Virus record (IMG/VR): IMGVR_UViG_3300021138_000004
Reading direction: 5' to 3' (one strand)
Source: a virus
Lineage: Duplodnaviria; Heunggongvirae; Uroviricota; Caudoviricetes
Length of the DNA stretch: 64,000 nt
The position numbers and the translations under genes were made by a program. Positions 49,489 through 59,269 of this stretch are shown piece after piece. Under the pieces are notes generated by a model that saw only the letters and a list, made by a program, of their open reading frames with translations, was not told where the DNA came from and did no database searches. Each line of letters opens with the position of its first letter. The first letter of the stretch is position 1.

Positions 49489-52400
49489 TTATGCTAGAGT
49501 GTAAGTTCCAGCTTGGATTGCTCCAGTGTTAACTAAGCGAAGTGGAATGTAAATAAATTCAACTGCTTTAACTGGTTCGATAGCAATGTCCATCCAAAGT
49601 TCTGAACGATCAATTCTATCAGGGGTGTTATTCGATTCGTCACAAACAACAATGAAATCGTAAATTGCACGCTGTCCTACTAGTTCAAGTAGCATACTTT
49701 GTGCAGCATTCTTAATTTCATCGCGTGTGATCTTGTCATTTGGTTCAAACAAGTATGGTCTGGACAAGATATCTAACTGACGACGTAGATGTGCTACTAG
49801 TCGAGCAACATTGATACGATCCAACGAACTTGCTACATTAGCACGAGTGTATTGTCCAAATGCAACAATACCAACTCCAGTTAGTGTAGCGATCGGATTA
49901 ACTTTAACCGAAGCTAGCACGTCTCTAGTAGGTTGTGGCAATGAAGCTAATACAAACTCACCAGTTTGACCGTCAACATATCCTACCGAAGTAGCGTTAT
50001 CAACAACACCTCGACGAACACCTGCAGGAGCAAACCATGGATAGCTTTGCTGATCGCTGAGTGCAATGGTGCGAAGCATCATGTGACTTGGAGGAACAAC
50101 GATGTTGTTACCAGTTAAGTCATTGGTAAATCCACTTGGATAATATAGTGCAGTGTATTGATCATAACTGACTGCTCCGACATCACCGTTGTCAAATGCA
50201 CCATTTGTGTTTTCACCCCATGCTTTCAATGATGTTGCATCGGATGGCAAGCGGAATGGAGTATCACCGACAACAAATGCAGTAATACCACGATCAGTGT
50301 TAAGACCGATTAGGTTTTGAACTGTTTCAACGTAGCCTGGGCACGCAATCAAATTAAAGTTCAATGAATCTGTATCTCTAACTGCGATATTGCCGTCAAT
50401 TAACGCCTTCATTGTTTTAACAACATATGAACGCTGTGCTTTGCGTCCGAATGTACCCGATCCGTCGTTGTTATTTGGACTTACAGAAACCCAACGGTTT
50501 GTATTGTAAGTGGCCAACGGATCGCCTGCTACACGAAGGTTGTATCCGCCATTAGCATTGACATTGATGTAATTTGTCACATACTGCTTAACGTTGAATC
50601 CTGAACGACGTAGATTCCATAGTCGAGTTCCTCGTGGATATAGCGAAGGATCTGGAGCATCTGGGTCGACGTAGTTAGAAGCTAGCAACGATGTAATCGG
50701 CGAAGCAGTAACTGACTGACCTGATGTTGCCCAACGTGCATCTGCAAAGACCCAACCATTTGGCGAAGTTTGATCTGTTGGATCTTGTAGTATCCACTGT
50801 AGTGAACTACTATTCCAAACATAAATCTCATGACCATACATTTCTAAATCAGCAGTGCTGATCCAAATATCGCCATTAACTAGCGGAGTACCGTCGCTTT
50901 GTGTAGTTGGAGCAAGTGCTGCTACCTGTGGACCGTTTGGATCTGTAGTAGGGAATGCATTTAGATAACCAACCCACGAAGTACCATTATTATACAATAC
51001 GTCTACCTGATCGACAATTGAGCTGTACCATAGCTGACCATTTGCTGGCTGTGTGCTCGGTGCAGTAGGCGATGCAGTATAACTTAAAGTAGTCCAGTTA
51101 CTTGCTTTTGCAGTTCTACCTGATGGATCATAATTACCAACAGCATAGAAGTTAGGAGTAGAATTTTCATTAAACAATGCCGATCCTAAGATGTTACCGG
51201 CATCAGTAAATCGAATTTCACCACCTGTGCTATGCGAAATTGATACAGTACCGTTTGCATTGAGTGTAGCACTAACGTACGGAACACCACTGTTATTAAT
51301 AGCAGTAACTAATGGCACTAAGTTGGTACCTGAAGATACTGAAATTGTAGCAGTATTAAAGTGACCATTTGCACCTGGAACTGACACATCAAGTACGATT
51401 GTACCCGAAGTTAGCGAAATAGTTCCTGTTGTTACTGCACTTGTAATAGTAGTAGGTGAAACCGCAGCACGTTGATGGATTTTAAATTCAGCAAGCGTAG
51501 GAAGTTTAGTACCCAGGCTATTGAAAGTATTATTACCGTGATCAAAATTGCTTTCTACATATACTGTGCCTACTGGAATATTTGCACCACCACCGATTGG
51601 ATCGATGCCATAAATTGCAGCAGCGCCGCCGCCGTACACTGGAGACGAAACAGTTGTAAACACATCCGAACTTGCCGACCATTGCTTAACTGTCCAAATC
51701 TGTCCCGAATTAGGACTGGTGGTCTTTGCATAAACACTACCTGATGGATTTGATGTAAAGTTTGGATACTGTGTGTGCGGACCAACAAATACTGTAGGAC
51801 CTGTATAAGTTCCTGGTGTAAGACCTAATTCTGATAGCAACAATGAAGTTGCAGTTGTAGTCGATGCAATAACAATGTTACCGTCTTTAGTTGTACCATT
51901 TGACGCAGCCGCACTAGTTGCATACAATGCCAATGAACCATTAAGGATTTTAGCACCTACGCCTTGCGAACGCATAACATTGTTAATGCTCGAAGCAACT
52001 GCTGCAAGTGTTTCACCGTTAGTAACTGTAATAGTAGCAGTCGAATTGTTAATAACAAAAGTGCTACCTGTAGTAATTGTTGTAGGTGTAGTAGTACCAA
52101 CAACTGCTGGCCAGCTTGTAGCATATACAGTACTTACAAAAGTAGAAGTATTGCTATTGCTCCATGCTTCGTTAGCAGACGATCCTACCTGTACCCAGTT
52201 ACCATCGCTGTTCTTGTACCAAACAACGTTTGTATCTAGTGCGCTAGTAGCAACAATTGCATATTGACCTTTTGTACCAATGCTTGCTGCAGGACCATTT
52301 ACAGGAAGACCGCCGAGTGTGCTAGTAGCGTAATTGCTGTCGTCGATTACGATCGGAGTCTTGTTAGTGAATGTACCAGTTGCTTGGTTCCATTCAAAAA

Positions 52401-52836
52401 TACCCCATACAGTATTCGTAGTATCTAACCAATAACTGCCGTCCGATGGATTGCCAGCAGGTGCAGAAGAGCTAGCAGCTAAGGAAGATAAGTCTACAGG
52501 TGCTCTTACAACATAAGCCTGTGAACTTACGCCTAGCAAACTGTAAGCAGCTTGTAGGCCGTATTCGTTAATTTCGCCACCGTTGATTGGGTTTCCGCCC
52601 GCATCTGTGTAGAATAGTGGAGTACCGAATGTATCGGTAAGATCTCTCTGACTGGTGATCAGGTAAACTGTGCCAGCGTTAGCAGCTTGAGTGCCTACTG
52701 CAACTGTACCCGATGGATTAGTTTTATCTTGTGCCGAAGCAACAAAAATTAGAGGTACAGTTCCTGGTGCAGCTGGAGTATAGAAGCTTTCATCTACTAC
52801 TGTAACTGATACGCCTGGTGATTGTAATGTGGCCAT
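49489..52836 (-). CDS. Tail sheath protein, gp18-like (~1115 aa)
   Basis: LQSPGVSVTVVDES N-terminus; WFAPAGVRRG, DRINVARL, FEPND, IEPVKAVEFIYI. Confidence 0.93.
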   Translation of the reverse strand: MATLQSPGVSVTVVDESFYTPAAPGTVPLIFVASAQDKTNPSGTVAVGTQAANAGTVYLITSQRDLTDTFGTPLFYTDAGGNPINGGEINEYGLQAAYSLLGVSSQAYVVRAPVDLSSLAASSSAPAGNPSDGSYWLDTTNTVWGIFEWNQATGTFTNKTPIVIDDSNYATSTLGGLPVNGPAASIGTKGQYAIVATSALDTNVVWYKNSDGNWVQVGSSANEAWSNSNTSTFVSTVYATSWPAVVGTTTPTTITTGSTFVINNSTATITVTNGETLAAVASSINNVMRSQGVGAKILNGSLALYATSAAASNGTTKDGNIVIASTTTATSLLLSELGLTPGTYTGPTVFVGPHTQYPNFTSNPSGSVYAKTTSPNSGQIWTVKQWSASSDVFTTVSSPVYGGGAAAIYGIDPIGGGANIPVGTVYVESNFDHGNNTFNSLGTKLPTLAEFKIHQRAAVSPTTITSAVTTGTISLTSGTIVLDVSVPGANGHFNTATISVSSGTNLVPLVTAINNSGVPYVSATLNANGTVSISHSTGGEIRFTDAGNILGSALFNENSTPNFYAVGNYDPSGRTAKASNWTTLSYTASPTAPSTQPANGQLWYSSIVDQVDVLYNNGTSWVGYLNAFPTTDPNGPQVAALAPTTQSDGTPLVNGDIWISTADLEMYGHEIYVWNSSSLQWILQDPTDQTSPNGWVFADARWATSGQSVTASPITSLLASNYVDPDAPDPSLYPRGTRLWNLRRSGFNVKQYVTNYINVNANGGYNLRVAGDPLATYNTNRWVSVSPNNNDGSGTFGRKAQRSYVVKTMKALIDGNIAVRDTDSLNFNLIACPGYVETVQNLIGLNTDRGITAFVVGDTPFRLPSDATSLKAWGENTNGAFDNGDVGAVSYDQYTALYYPSGFTNDLTGNNIVVPPSHMMLRTIALSDQQSYPWFAPAGVRRGVVDNATSVGYVDGQTGEFVLASLPQPTRDVLASVKVNPIATLTGVGIVAFGQYTRANVASSLDRINVARLVAHLRRQLDILSRPYLFEPNDKITRDEIKNAAQSMLLELVGQRAIYDFIVVCDESNNTPDRIDRSELWMDIAIEPVKAVEFIYIPLRLVNTGAIQAGTYTLA

Positions 52837-52935
52837 TAGTATTTCTCCCAAATATGGTTTCGTTGTCAGTATTTAGTGCCGTTGGTAAAAAATATACCAG
52901 TTAAATACAATGAAAGGGAACCAAAAAGGGCTTAA

Positions 52936-53271
52936 ATGCGAACTCTATGTAAAATATGTGGTACTCGACCCGTGGCAATCAACTATCATCGAGATGGGAG
53001 GACGTTTTATCGTACCAAGTGTGATCACTGCGGTCGCAAAAGAAAAACTGGAAAACCTTTGTGGTACCAGTCCGGATACAGAATGAAATGTAAATGTGAT
53101 AAATGTGGTTTCGAAAGCCGGTATCCACAACAGTTTAACGTCTTTTATTTAGACGGGGAACCATCAAATTGTCATATTACTAATTTAAAAACAGTATGCG
53201 CTAATTGTCAACGCATACTGCATATTCTTAGACTTCCGTGGCGTCAGGGAGACCTAATACCCGACTTCTAA
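52936..53271 (+). CDS. Small Zn-binding HNH-like protein
   Basis: Four CxxC pairs; DGEPSNCHITNLKTVCANC. Confidence 0.6.
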   Translation: MRTLCKICGTRPVAINYHRDGRTFYRTKCDHCGRKRKTGKPLWYQSGYRMKCKCDKCGFESRYPQQFNVFYLDGEPSNCHITNLKTVCANCQRILHILRLPWRQGDLIPDF

Positions 53272-53881
53272 TCTGACGGTGAAGATCATCAATTGATCCG
53301 TCATTGTCTAAATGAACATCATACTCAAAACCGACACTAGAATATTCGCTGGCATGAACATTTCGTTCATTGAGAATTTCTAAACACCGAGATTTTATTG
53401 CTTCGTCTTCGGTATTGTTTAACACAGCAGCAAACTCTAACCAGGTCGGATCCGTACCTCGATGTGTTCGAACAGTGATGCCGCCTGCATTTTTAATTGC
53501 TATCATTTCGTTGATAAACCGACAGTCTGTGATAACAATGTCGTCTTTGACATTAAGAAGTTTTCGTTCAACTGATGCTACCCAAATTTCGTCGTGAAAT
53601 CCTCGGCGAGCAACTTCTGTTCCCCATTGCTGTAGAACCCAACGAGGAGTGAGATCGGGAATATTTAATCGAGTTGCCCACCATTCGTCAACTTGCTCAC
53701 GCCATTCTCGGCTGTGCTTAGTTGACCCTTCGAGAAGTTCTCTATCCCATCCGAATATAACAGAGATTGCATCTTTAAGAGATGCTCCGAAGCTCATGCG
53801 CTTAAAACCGTGTACTGTGCAGAGATAGTCTGCGGCAGTGTCTTTGCCCGATCCAATCAGGCCAGAAATTCCTATAATCAT
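53228..53881 (-). CDS. Deoxynucleoside monophosphate kinase (T4 gp1-like)
   Basis: IIGISGLIGSGKDTAA P-loop, SFGASLK, VITDCRFINE; promoter TTGACC-17-TATAAT-6 nt-ATG. Confidence 0.88.
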   Translation of the reverse strand: MIIGISGLIGSGKDTAADYLCTVHGFKRMSFGASLKDAISVIFGWDRELLEGSTKHSREWREQVDEWWATRLNIPDLTPRWVLQQWGTEVARRGFHDEIWVASVERKLLNVKDDIVITDCRFINEMIAIKNAGGITVRTHRGTDPTWLEFAAVLNNTEDEAIKSRCLEILNERNVHASEYSSVGFEYDVHLDNDGSIDDLHRQIRSRVLGLPDATEV

Positions 53882-53916
53882 GTTTGCATTATACATGATT
53901 AAGAATCAAAGGTCAA

Positions 53917-54276
53917 TTACTTTTTTGTTTTCTTTTGCCAATCTGCAACAGGACTCATTTTACCTGTAGATTCGTCCTCTGTAGAATATCGAGCAGTTAT
54001 TCTTTTACCTTTAATGCCCATTTTCTTGCCAGCTGCATTCAAAATTGTGTCGTCTGCATTGCTATATGATAGAGTAGCAAACTGACCGCCGACAGGGCCT
54101 TCATGATGTGTGTCTGCTTCAAAATCAGGTGCACCTGCAATCATCATTCCAAATCTCAATGCTTTGTATGGATCGTTGTTATTGTTAACATCATTCCATG
54201 TAGTTAGGTTAGGAAGGGCACCTTTGGCACTGTGCGAAAGTTCGTGCTTAGATTCAAAAAGTTCTCTAATTTTCAT
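53917..54276 (-). CDS. Hypothetical protein (119 aa)
   Basis: Clean ORF downstream of the gp13-like gene. Confidence 0.65.
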   Translation of the reverse strand: MKIRELFESKHELSHSAKGALPNLTTWNDVNNNNDPYKALRFGMMIAGAPDFEADTHHEGPVGGQFATLSYSNADDTILNAAGKKMGIKGKRITARYSTEDESTGKMSPVADWQKKTKK

Positions 54277-54279
54277 CGG

Positions 54280-55038
54280 TTATCCTACAACAAACCACAT
54301 TGGTTTGCCACCTTCCGAATAATTAATCAATTCAGTTTCTAATCGTTCAATAGCAGCTTCGCCTTCTTGTTTAAGAGCATCGCCGTTGAGTGTAGTTCCG
54401 CCCTGCGGACTAGCAATCTGAGAAAACATCGAACGTGCTTGTCCTAGGATAATTTTCGATTGTGCAAGTGCATAATCCTTGAGCCAAATGCCTGCATATG
54501 GATCGTTGAGCAGAACAAAGTCTGGTTTGTAGTTATAGCACCAAATTAATAGAGTTTCTTCGCCTCTAGGTCTTTGTTGAACCACTAGCTTCTTGGTGCT
54601 AGGGTTCCAAGTAAACATAATGTAACTACCGAACATCTTACCAACTAATTTTTGATAAGAAGCAAACGCATAGTAAGTAGCTAATCCGCCCATGTTGCTA
54701 GAACTTAGTAGATAGGTATTTGAATAAGCCAAGTTAAATGGTTCAAATAATGAACCTGTATCTCCACCACCTGTTCTAGAACCAATCGATCGGCGAAATA
54801 CATCTCGCACTTCGATAACATCTTGGCTTAGTGTATATTCGTTGGTATCTTGTTCCATGGTAAGGAATGCCCAACTTTCCTCTACAGCATTTGATGATCG
54901 TTGACGATATTTGGCAAATGCTTTATCAATAGCGGTATTGTAGTGAACTGGATCTAGTTCGACGTCAATCATACCGTCACCTAGCATAGCCTTGATGTAA
55001 TCAACTATAGGTTGGCGTGCTTGTTCAATTGTGCTCAT
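54280..55038 (-). CDS. Neck protein, gp13-like
   Basis: YIKAMLGDGMIDVEL...WLKDYALAQSK...GGTTLNGDAL. Confidence 0.82.
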   Translation of the reverse strand: MSTIEQARQPIVDYIKAMLGDGMIDVELDPVHYNTAIDKAFAKYRQRSSNAVEESWAFLTMEQDTNEYTLSQDVIEVRDVFRRSIGSRTGGGDTGSLFEPFNLAYSNTYLLSSSNMGGLATYYAFASYQKLVGKMFGSYIMFTWNPSTKKLVVQQRPRGEETLLIWCYNYKPDFVLLNDPYAGIWLKDYALAQSKIILGQARSMFSQIASPQGGTTLNGDALKQEGEAAIERLETELINYSEGGKPMWFVVG

Positions 55039-55043
55039 ACAAT

Positions 55044-55057
55044 TATTTAGCTAAATA
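55044..55057. promoter_or_regulatory. Palindromic bidirectional late promoter TATTTAGCTAAATA
   Basis: TAAATA on each strand, each exactly 5 nt before an ATG. Confidence 0.75.
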
Positions 55058-55062
55058 GGAGT

Positions 55063-56289
55063 ATGCCGAGATTATCAATGTACAGACCCGAGAAGGGAAA
55101 TAATTTTAGATATATCGATCGTATGATCGAACAACAGTTTCAGATTGGTGGTACTGATGTTTTTGTACACAAGTACCTTGGCCCTGTTGAGCCATTAGCG
55201 GGTGATGCATCTCCAGGAGTTCCTAATCAAAGCAATCCCCTCGGCGAACTTGGAATTCAAGATGTGATACTGATGGAAAACCGAGATCGCAGTTATGATC
55301 CTAATGTATTCGTAATGCGAGGAATTTATACTATGCAGGACTTAGATTTTAATCTAAGTCAGTTTGGTATAATGTTGAATAATGATAACATTTTTATTCA
55401 TTTCCATCTAAGAAATTGTGTAGATACCATTGAACGTAAACTTATGTCAGGTGATGTTATCGAATTGCCTCACTTAAAGGATGAATACACCCTAGACGAT
55501 GCTATGGTTGCTCTTAAAAGATTTTATGTAGTACAAGATGTTACTCGTGCTGCTAACGGATATAGCCCAACTTGGTATCCTCACTTATTGCGTGTTAAAT
55601 GTGTGCCCTTAGTTGATAGTCAAGAATACAGTCAGATACTAGGTGCTGATGCAGGCGCAGGTGACGGTTCGACTCTGAGAGATCTCATCTCAACGTATAA
55701 TACCAGCATTGAAATCAACAATTCAATTATTGCACAAGCAGAAGCAGATGCAGCACTCAGCGGTTATGACACTCATCAATACTATGTTGTTCCATTAAAT
55801 CCCGATGGCACTATAGCACATGAAGATGCTTCGCAAACTGATGCCGATGCCTCAATTGATTCATTAGAAGGAATTGTCGATGCTTCAATGACTTTAAGAA
55901 GTCCTACAAAAAATTACTATGTAGGATATCTTACAGGTACTGGTCGACCACCTAATGGTGCTCCATATACATTTGGTACTAGTTTTCCTACTGACAAAAC
56001 AGTAACCGGGCAGTTTCATTTAAGAACAGATTTCTTTCCTAATGTTCTATTCCGCTGGAGCGGTACACATTGGATTAAATTTGATGAAAGTGTACGTATG
56101 ACAATGACCAACAATTATGATCCTTTAGTACCTAATGAAGATACTTCTGTAAGTGTTTATTCGACAAAGCTAAGACAAACTCAACGTACTGGATTTATTA
56201 ACAACAATAATACAGCTACTATCGCAGGGAAGGTAGTACAAGAACGTCAAGCACTAAGTCAAATACTCAAACCCAAGGCCGATAATTAA
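55063..56289 (+). CDS. Neck/head-completion protein, gp14-like
   Basis: Position between gp13-like and gp15-like genes; DFNLSQFG...GDVIELP. Confidence 0.65.
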   Translation: MPRLSMYRPEKGNNFRYIDRMIEQQFQIGGTDVFVHKYLGPVEPLAGDASPGVPNQSNPLGELGIQDVILMENRDRSYDPNVFVMRGIYTMQDLDFNLSQFGIMLNNDNIFIHFHLRNCVDTIERKLMSGDVIELPHLKDEYTLDDAMVALKRFYVVQDVTRAANGYSPTWYPHLLRVKCVPLVDSQEYSQILGADAGAGDGSTLRDLISTYNTSIEINNSIIAQAEADAALSGYDTHQYYVVPLNPDGTIAHEDASQTDADASIDSLEGIVDASMTLRSPTKNYYVGYLTGTGRPPNGAPYTFGTSFPTDKTVTGQFHLRTDFFPNVLFRWSGTHWIKFDESVRMTMTNNYDPLVPNEDTSVSVYSTKLRQTQRTGFINNNNTATIAGKVVQERQALSQILKPKADN

Positions 56290-57725
56290 TGGAATATTTT
56301 TACGATTTTCAGATCAAACGATATCTAACGCAGTTTATGCGATTGATGAGCAATTTCTCATATAAAGACGGACAAGGTAATCTAGTACAGATTCCTGTGC
56401 GTTACGGAGACATGAATCGACAAGTTGGTCAGATTTTAAAGAAGAACTCGGAAAATGTTGTGCAAAGCGCACCATTTATTGCCTGCTATATTAAAGCAAT
56501 GGAATATGATCGTAATAGACTAGCAGATCCTACTTATGTAAGCAAATTTAATATACGTGAACGTGCCTATGATGAACACGGTCAAGAATATCTAAATGTG
56601 CAGGGAGCAAATTATACCATTGAGCGTATTATGCCCACTCCATTCAATTTGAAATTTAATGCAGATATATGGACAACTAACACTGATCAAAAACTGCAGA
56701 TATTAGAACAATTATTAGTATTGTTTAATCCTTCGATGGAAATTCAATCTAGTAACAATTTTCTTGATTGGACCAGTCTCAGTCTTGTAGAATTAACAGA
56801 TATGACGTTTTCATCGAGACAGATTCCGCAGGGAGTCGAGCAAGATATCGATATCGCCACACTGAATTTTACTACACCGATATGGATTACTCCTCCGGCC
56901 AAAGTTAAGAAGTTGGGGATTATTACTAAAATTATTTCCTCTATATTCGATGAACCACCAGGAACTGCTGCTGGACTACAACCCATTGTAGACGGACAGA
57001 CTATGGACTTCTTCGCCGGCAATAATCCTATCAGTATACAAGGAACTACCCTAGGAGATCTCGGATTACTAGTTCTAGATAATACTGCCAAGTTAGTCAG
57101 CCCAAAGTCATCAAGGACGAATTTAAATTCGGATCCGATAAGTGTTCCATCTGTGTTAGGTCCTATTGTGAATTGGAACAGCATTCTTGATCAATATCCA
57201 GGAGTATTCACTGCTGGATTGAGTCAGATACGACTAATGAAACCCGACGGTAATGAAATTGTAGGTCGTATCACTCTTAATCCCACAGATGAAACTGTTA
57301 TGCAAGTGACTTGGGACTCCGATACTATTCCGATGAATACGCTGTTAACTGATCGCAATGACCTTAATCCTCGAGGAACCATTGACGCAATCATTAATCC
57401 TCAAACTTATGATCCACGTCCTATACAGGAAAATGGTTCATTAGGTTGGCCTACCACTGATACTAGATATCTGTTACTAGAAGATCTAAACAGCGAAGTG
57501 GCTGCTTGGCAAAATCAAGATAACAGTTATTTCACTGCCAACGCCAATGATATTGTGCAATGGGACGGCACAAAATGGAATACCATATTCACAAGTGCGA
57601 TAAATCAAGGTCCTACATATATAACTAACAGTCGTACTGGTGTACAATATATGTGGAACGGCGAATCATGGATGAAAAGTTACGAAGGAGTTTACGAAGC
57701 GATACAGTGGAGACTGGTGCTATAA
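56289..57725 (+). CDS. Tail sheath terminator/stabiliser, gp15-like
   Basis: YFYDFQIKRY...IPVRYG...PTPFNLKF...QILEQLLVLFNP. Confidence 0.82.
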   Translation: MEYFYDFQIKRYLTQFMRLMSNFSYKDGQGNLVQIPVRYGDMNRQVGQILKKNSENVVQSAPFIACYIKAMEYDRNRLADPTYVSKFNIRERAYDEHGQEYLNVQGANYTIERIMPTPFNLKFNADIWTTNTDQKLQILEQLLVLFNPSMEIQSSNNFLDWTSLSLVELTDMTFSSRQIPQGVEQDIDIATLNFTTPIWITPPAKVKKLGIITKIISSIFDEPPGTAAGLQPIVDGQTMDFFAGNNPISIQGTTLGDLGLLVLDNTAKLVSPKSSRTNLNSDPISVPSVLGPIVNWNSILDQYPGVFTAGLSQIRLMKPDGNEIVGRITLNPTDETVMQVTWDSDTIPMNTLLTDRNDLNPRGTIDAIINPQTYDPRPIQENGSLGWPTTDTRYLLLEDLNSEVAAWQNQDNSYFTANANDIVQWDGTKWNTIFTSAINQGPTYITNSRTGVQYMWNGESWMKSYEGVYEAIQWRLVL

Positions 57726-58153
57726 AAAAGCAGATTACCTGCGCCGGCGGTCTATTTCTTTCTCGATCCACTAAACGTTTCCTATTCCTATTGCGAACAC
57801 AGGGCCGCACAGCAGGCACTTGGGGAATAGCAGGCGGTAAAAAAGAACCCTGCGATACTACTCCTTATGATACACTGCTACGAGAAATTCAAGAAGAGTT
57901 AGGTGTAAGACCCACAATAGAAAAGACCATTCCCATAGAACTATACAGTTCCAACGATGAACTATTCTATTACAACACTTATATATTAATCACACCTGAC
58001 GAATTCATTCCTTTGCTAAATGAGGAACATGCAGGCTATGCTTGGGTCAGCCTTGATGCTTGGCCAAAACCCCTACATCAAGGTGTAAAGACCACACTAC
58101 AAAATCGCACTACTAGAACTAAGATCGAAACTATACTACAAATTATAAGTTAG
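57653..58153 (+). CDS. NUDIX hydrolase (start uncertain)
   Basis: WGIAGGKKEPCDTTPYDTLLREIQEELG Nudix box. Confidence 0.85.
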   Translation: MERRIMDEKLRRSLRSDTVETGAIKKQITCAGGLFLSRSTKRFLFLLRTQGRTAGTWGIAGGKKEPCDTTPYDTLLREIQEELGVRPTIEKTIPIELYSSNDELFYYNTYILITPDEFIPLLNEEHAGYAWVSLDAWPKPLHQGVKTTLQNRTTRTKIETILQIIS

Positions 58154-58252
58154 GGAGCCTTCGATCGAGAGGCCCGAGAGCGCGAAGCGCCTGCGCAGCA
58201 GAAAACGGTAAAACAGATTTTACCCTCAATTAACCAAGCATATAATAAACTC

Positions 58253-58288
58253 TTGACACTGTACCCCATTCATGCTATATTGTCACTA
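58253..58288 (+). promoter_or_regulatory. Sigma70 promoter, apparently leaderless
   Basis: TTGACA-17-TATATT with TG extension, ATG 6 nt later. Confidence 0.75.
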
Positions 58289-58569
58289 TGACAGACAAAT
58301 ACATTCCCTATGCATATGCTGCTAATATGTACGACCGCAGCGACCACAGTTCATCACTGATACTTGGACACTGTTGGGCGCGAAGTTCTGCAGAAGCTGA
58401 AGGTCTTGCGCGAGAAAGTATAAAGACACAGTGGGCTGACTATACGCTTAGTTCGGAATTGTTGATTCGAGAAATTGGAAATGCTGTCTACCAAGATACA
58501 GTAAAAGACACTGTTCCTGAAAGTGAGATCCACTGGCTCGACCGTGATATAAGCATGAAGTCAATGTAA
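58288..58569 (+). CDS. Hypothetical protein (93 aa)
   Basis: First gene after a consensus promoter. Confidence 0.7.
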   Translation: MTDKYIPYAYAANMYDRSDHSSSLILGHCWARSSAEAEGLARESIKTQWADYTLSSELLIREIGNAVYQDTVKDTVPESEIHWLDRDISMKSM

Positions 58570-58573
58570 AACT

Positions 58574-58789
58574 GTGAACATAAGATTGCCTAGAGTAAAA
58601 CTATATCCCAGTGGTATGCGCATAGTGGAAATGAGTTATCACTACAAAATCGATCTATGGGCACAGTGTTACAATACCACAGCAAATAGCTATCTAGATC
58701 CTGATGACTCGGATTACTTTATAGTAGAGTTTCCCAGTGATAAGATTGCTACACTGTTTGCACTCACTTACAATCACAGCTTTGACTAA
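58574..58789 (+). CDS. Hypothetical protein (71 aa), TLF(A/V)L family
   Basis: C-terminal F...TLFAL shared with the next two ORFs. Confidence 0.6.
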   Translation: MNIRLPRVKLYPSGMRIVEMSYHYKIDLWAQCYNTTANSYLDPDDSDYFIVEFPSDKIATLFALTYNHSFD

Positions 58790-59025
58790 TGCACATAGAG
58801 TTCAAAGTTTCTTATGGACAAGCTGTAAAAAACAATAATTTCACAGTGCGCAATGTACGAACTCGAATAGAATCATGGTGTGCTAATCGTGAACTAGACT
58901 ATGAGCTATCAGAACATCGTATTGGATCATGGTCAATGAAGTTCAAACTGTTTTTTCCTAATGAACAAAATCTAACACTGTTTGCATTGGGTTTTGATCA
59001 ATATCCTTTTTATATAGTGAAGTAA
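58789..59025 (+). CDS. Hypothetical protein (78 aa), paralogue of the next ORF
   Basis: M(H/Y)IEF...WC..REL.YEL.EHR.G.W...FKL.F..EQ.LTLF.LGF. Confidence 0.75.
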   Translation: MHIEFKVSYGQAVKNNNFTVRNVRTRIESWCANRELDYELSEHRIGSWSMKFKLFFPNEQNLTLFALGFDQYPFYIVK

Positions 59026-59031
59026 AAGATC

Positions 59032-59268
59032 ATGTACATAGAATTTTACACTACTAGATCACCATTTTCTAGCAGTAGTCCATATCTGACCAAGCATGTA
59101 CAAGCAGCTATAGAAGAATGGTGTGATCAACGTGAGCTTTACTATGAATTACGCGAGCATCGTACGGGTACATGGGATGTGACTTTCAAACTATATTTTC
59201 ACCGTGAGCAAGATCTAACACTGTTTGTGTTGGGTTTTGGAGAATACCGTTTTCGTGTAGTGAAGTGA
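59032..59268 (+). CDS. Hypothetical protein (78 aa), paralogue of the previous ORF
   Basis: Colinear protein and nucleotide similarity to 58789-59025. Confidence 0.75.
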   Translation: MYIEFYTTRSPFSSSSPYLTKHVQAAIEEWCDQRELYYELREHRTGTWDVTFKLYFHREQDLTLFVLGFGEYRFRVVK

Positions 59269-59269
59269 G

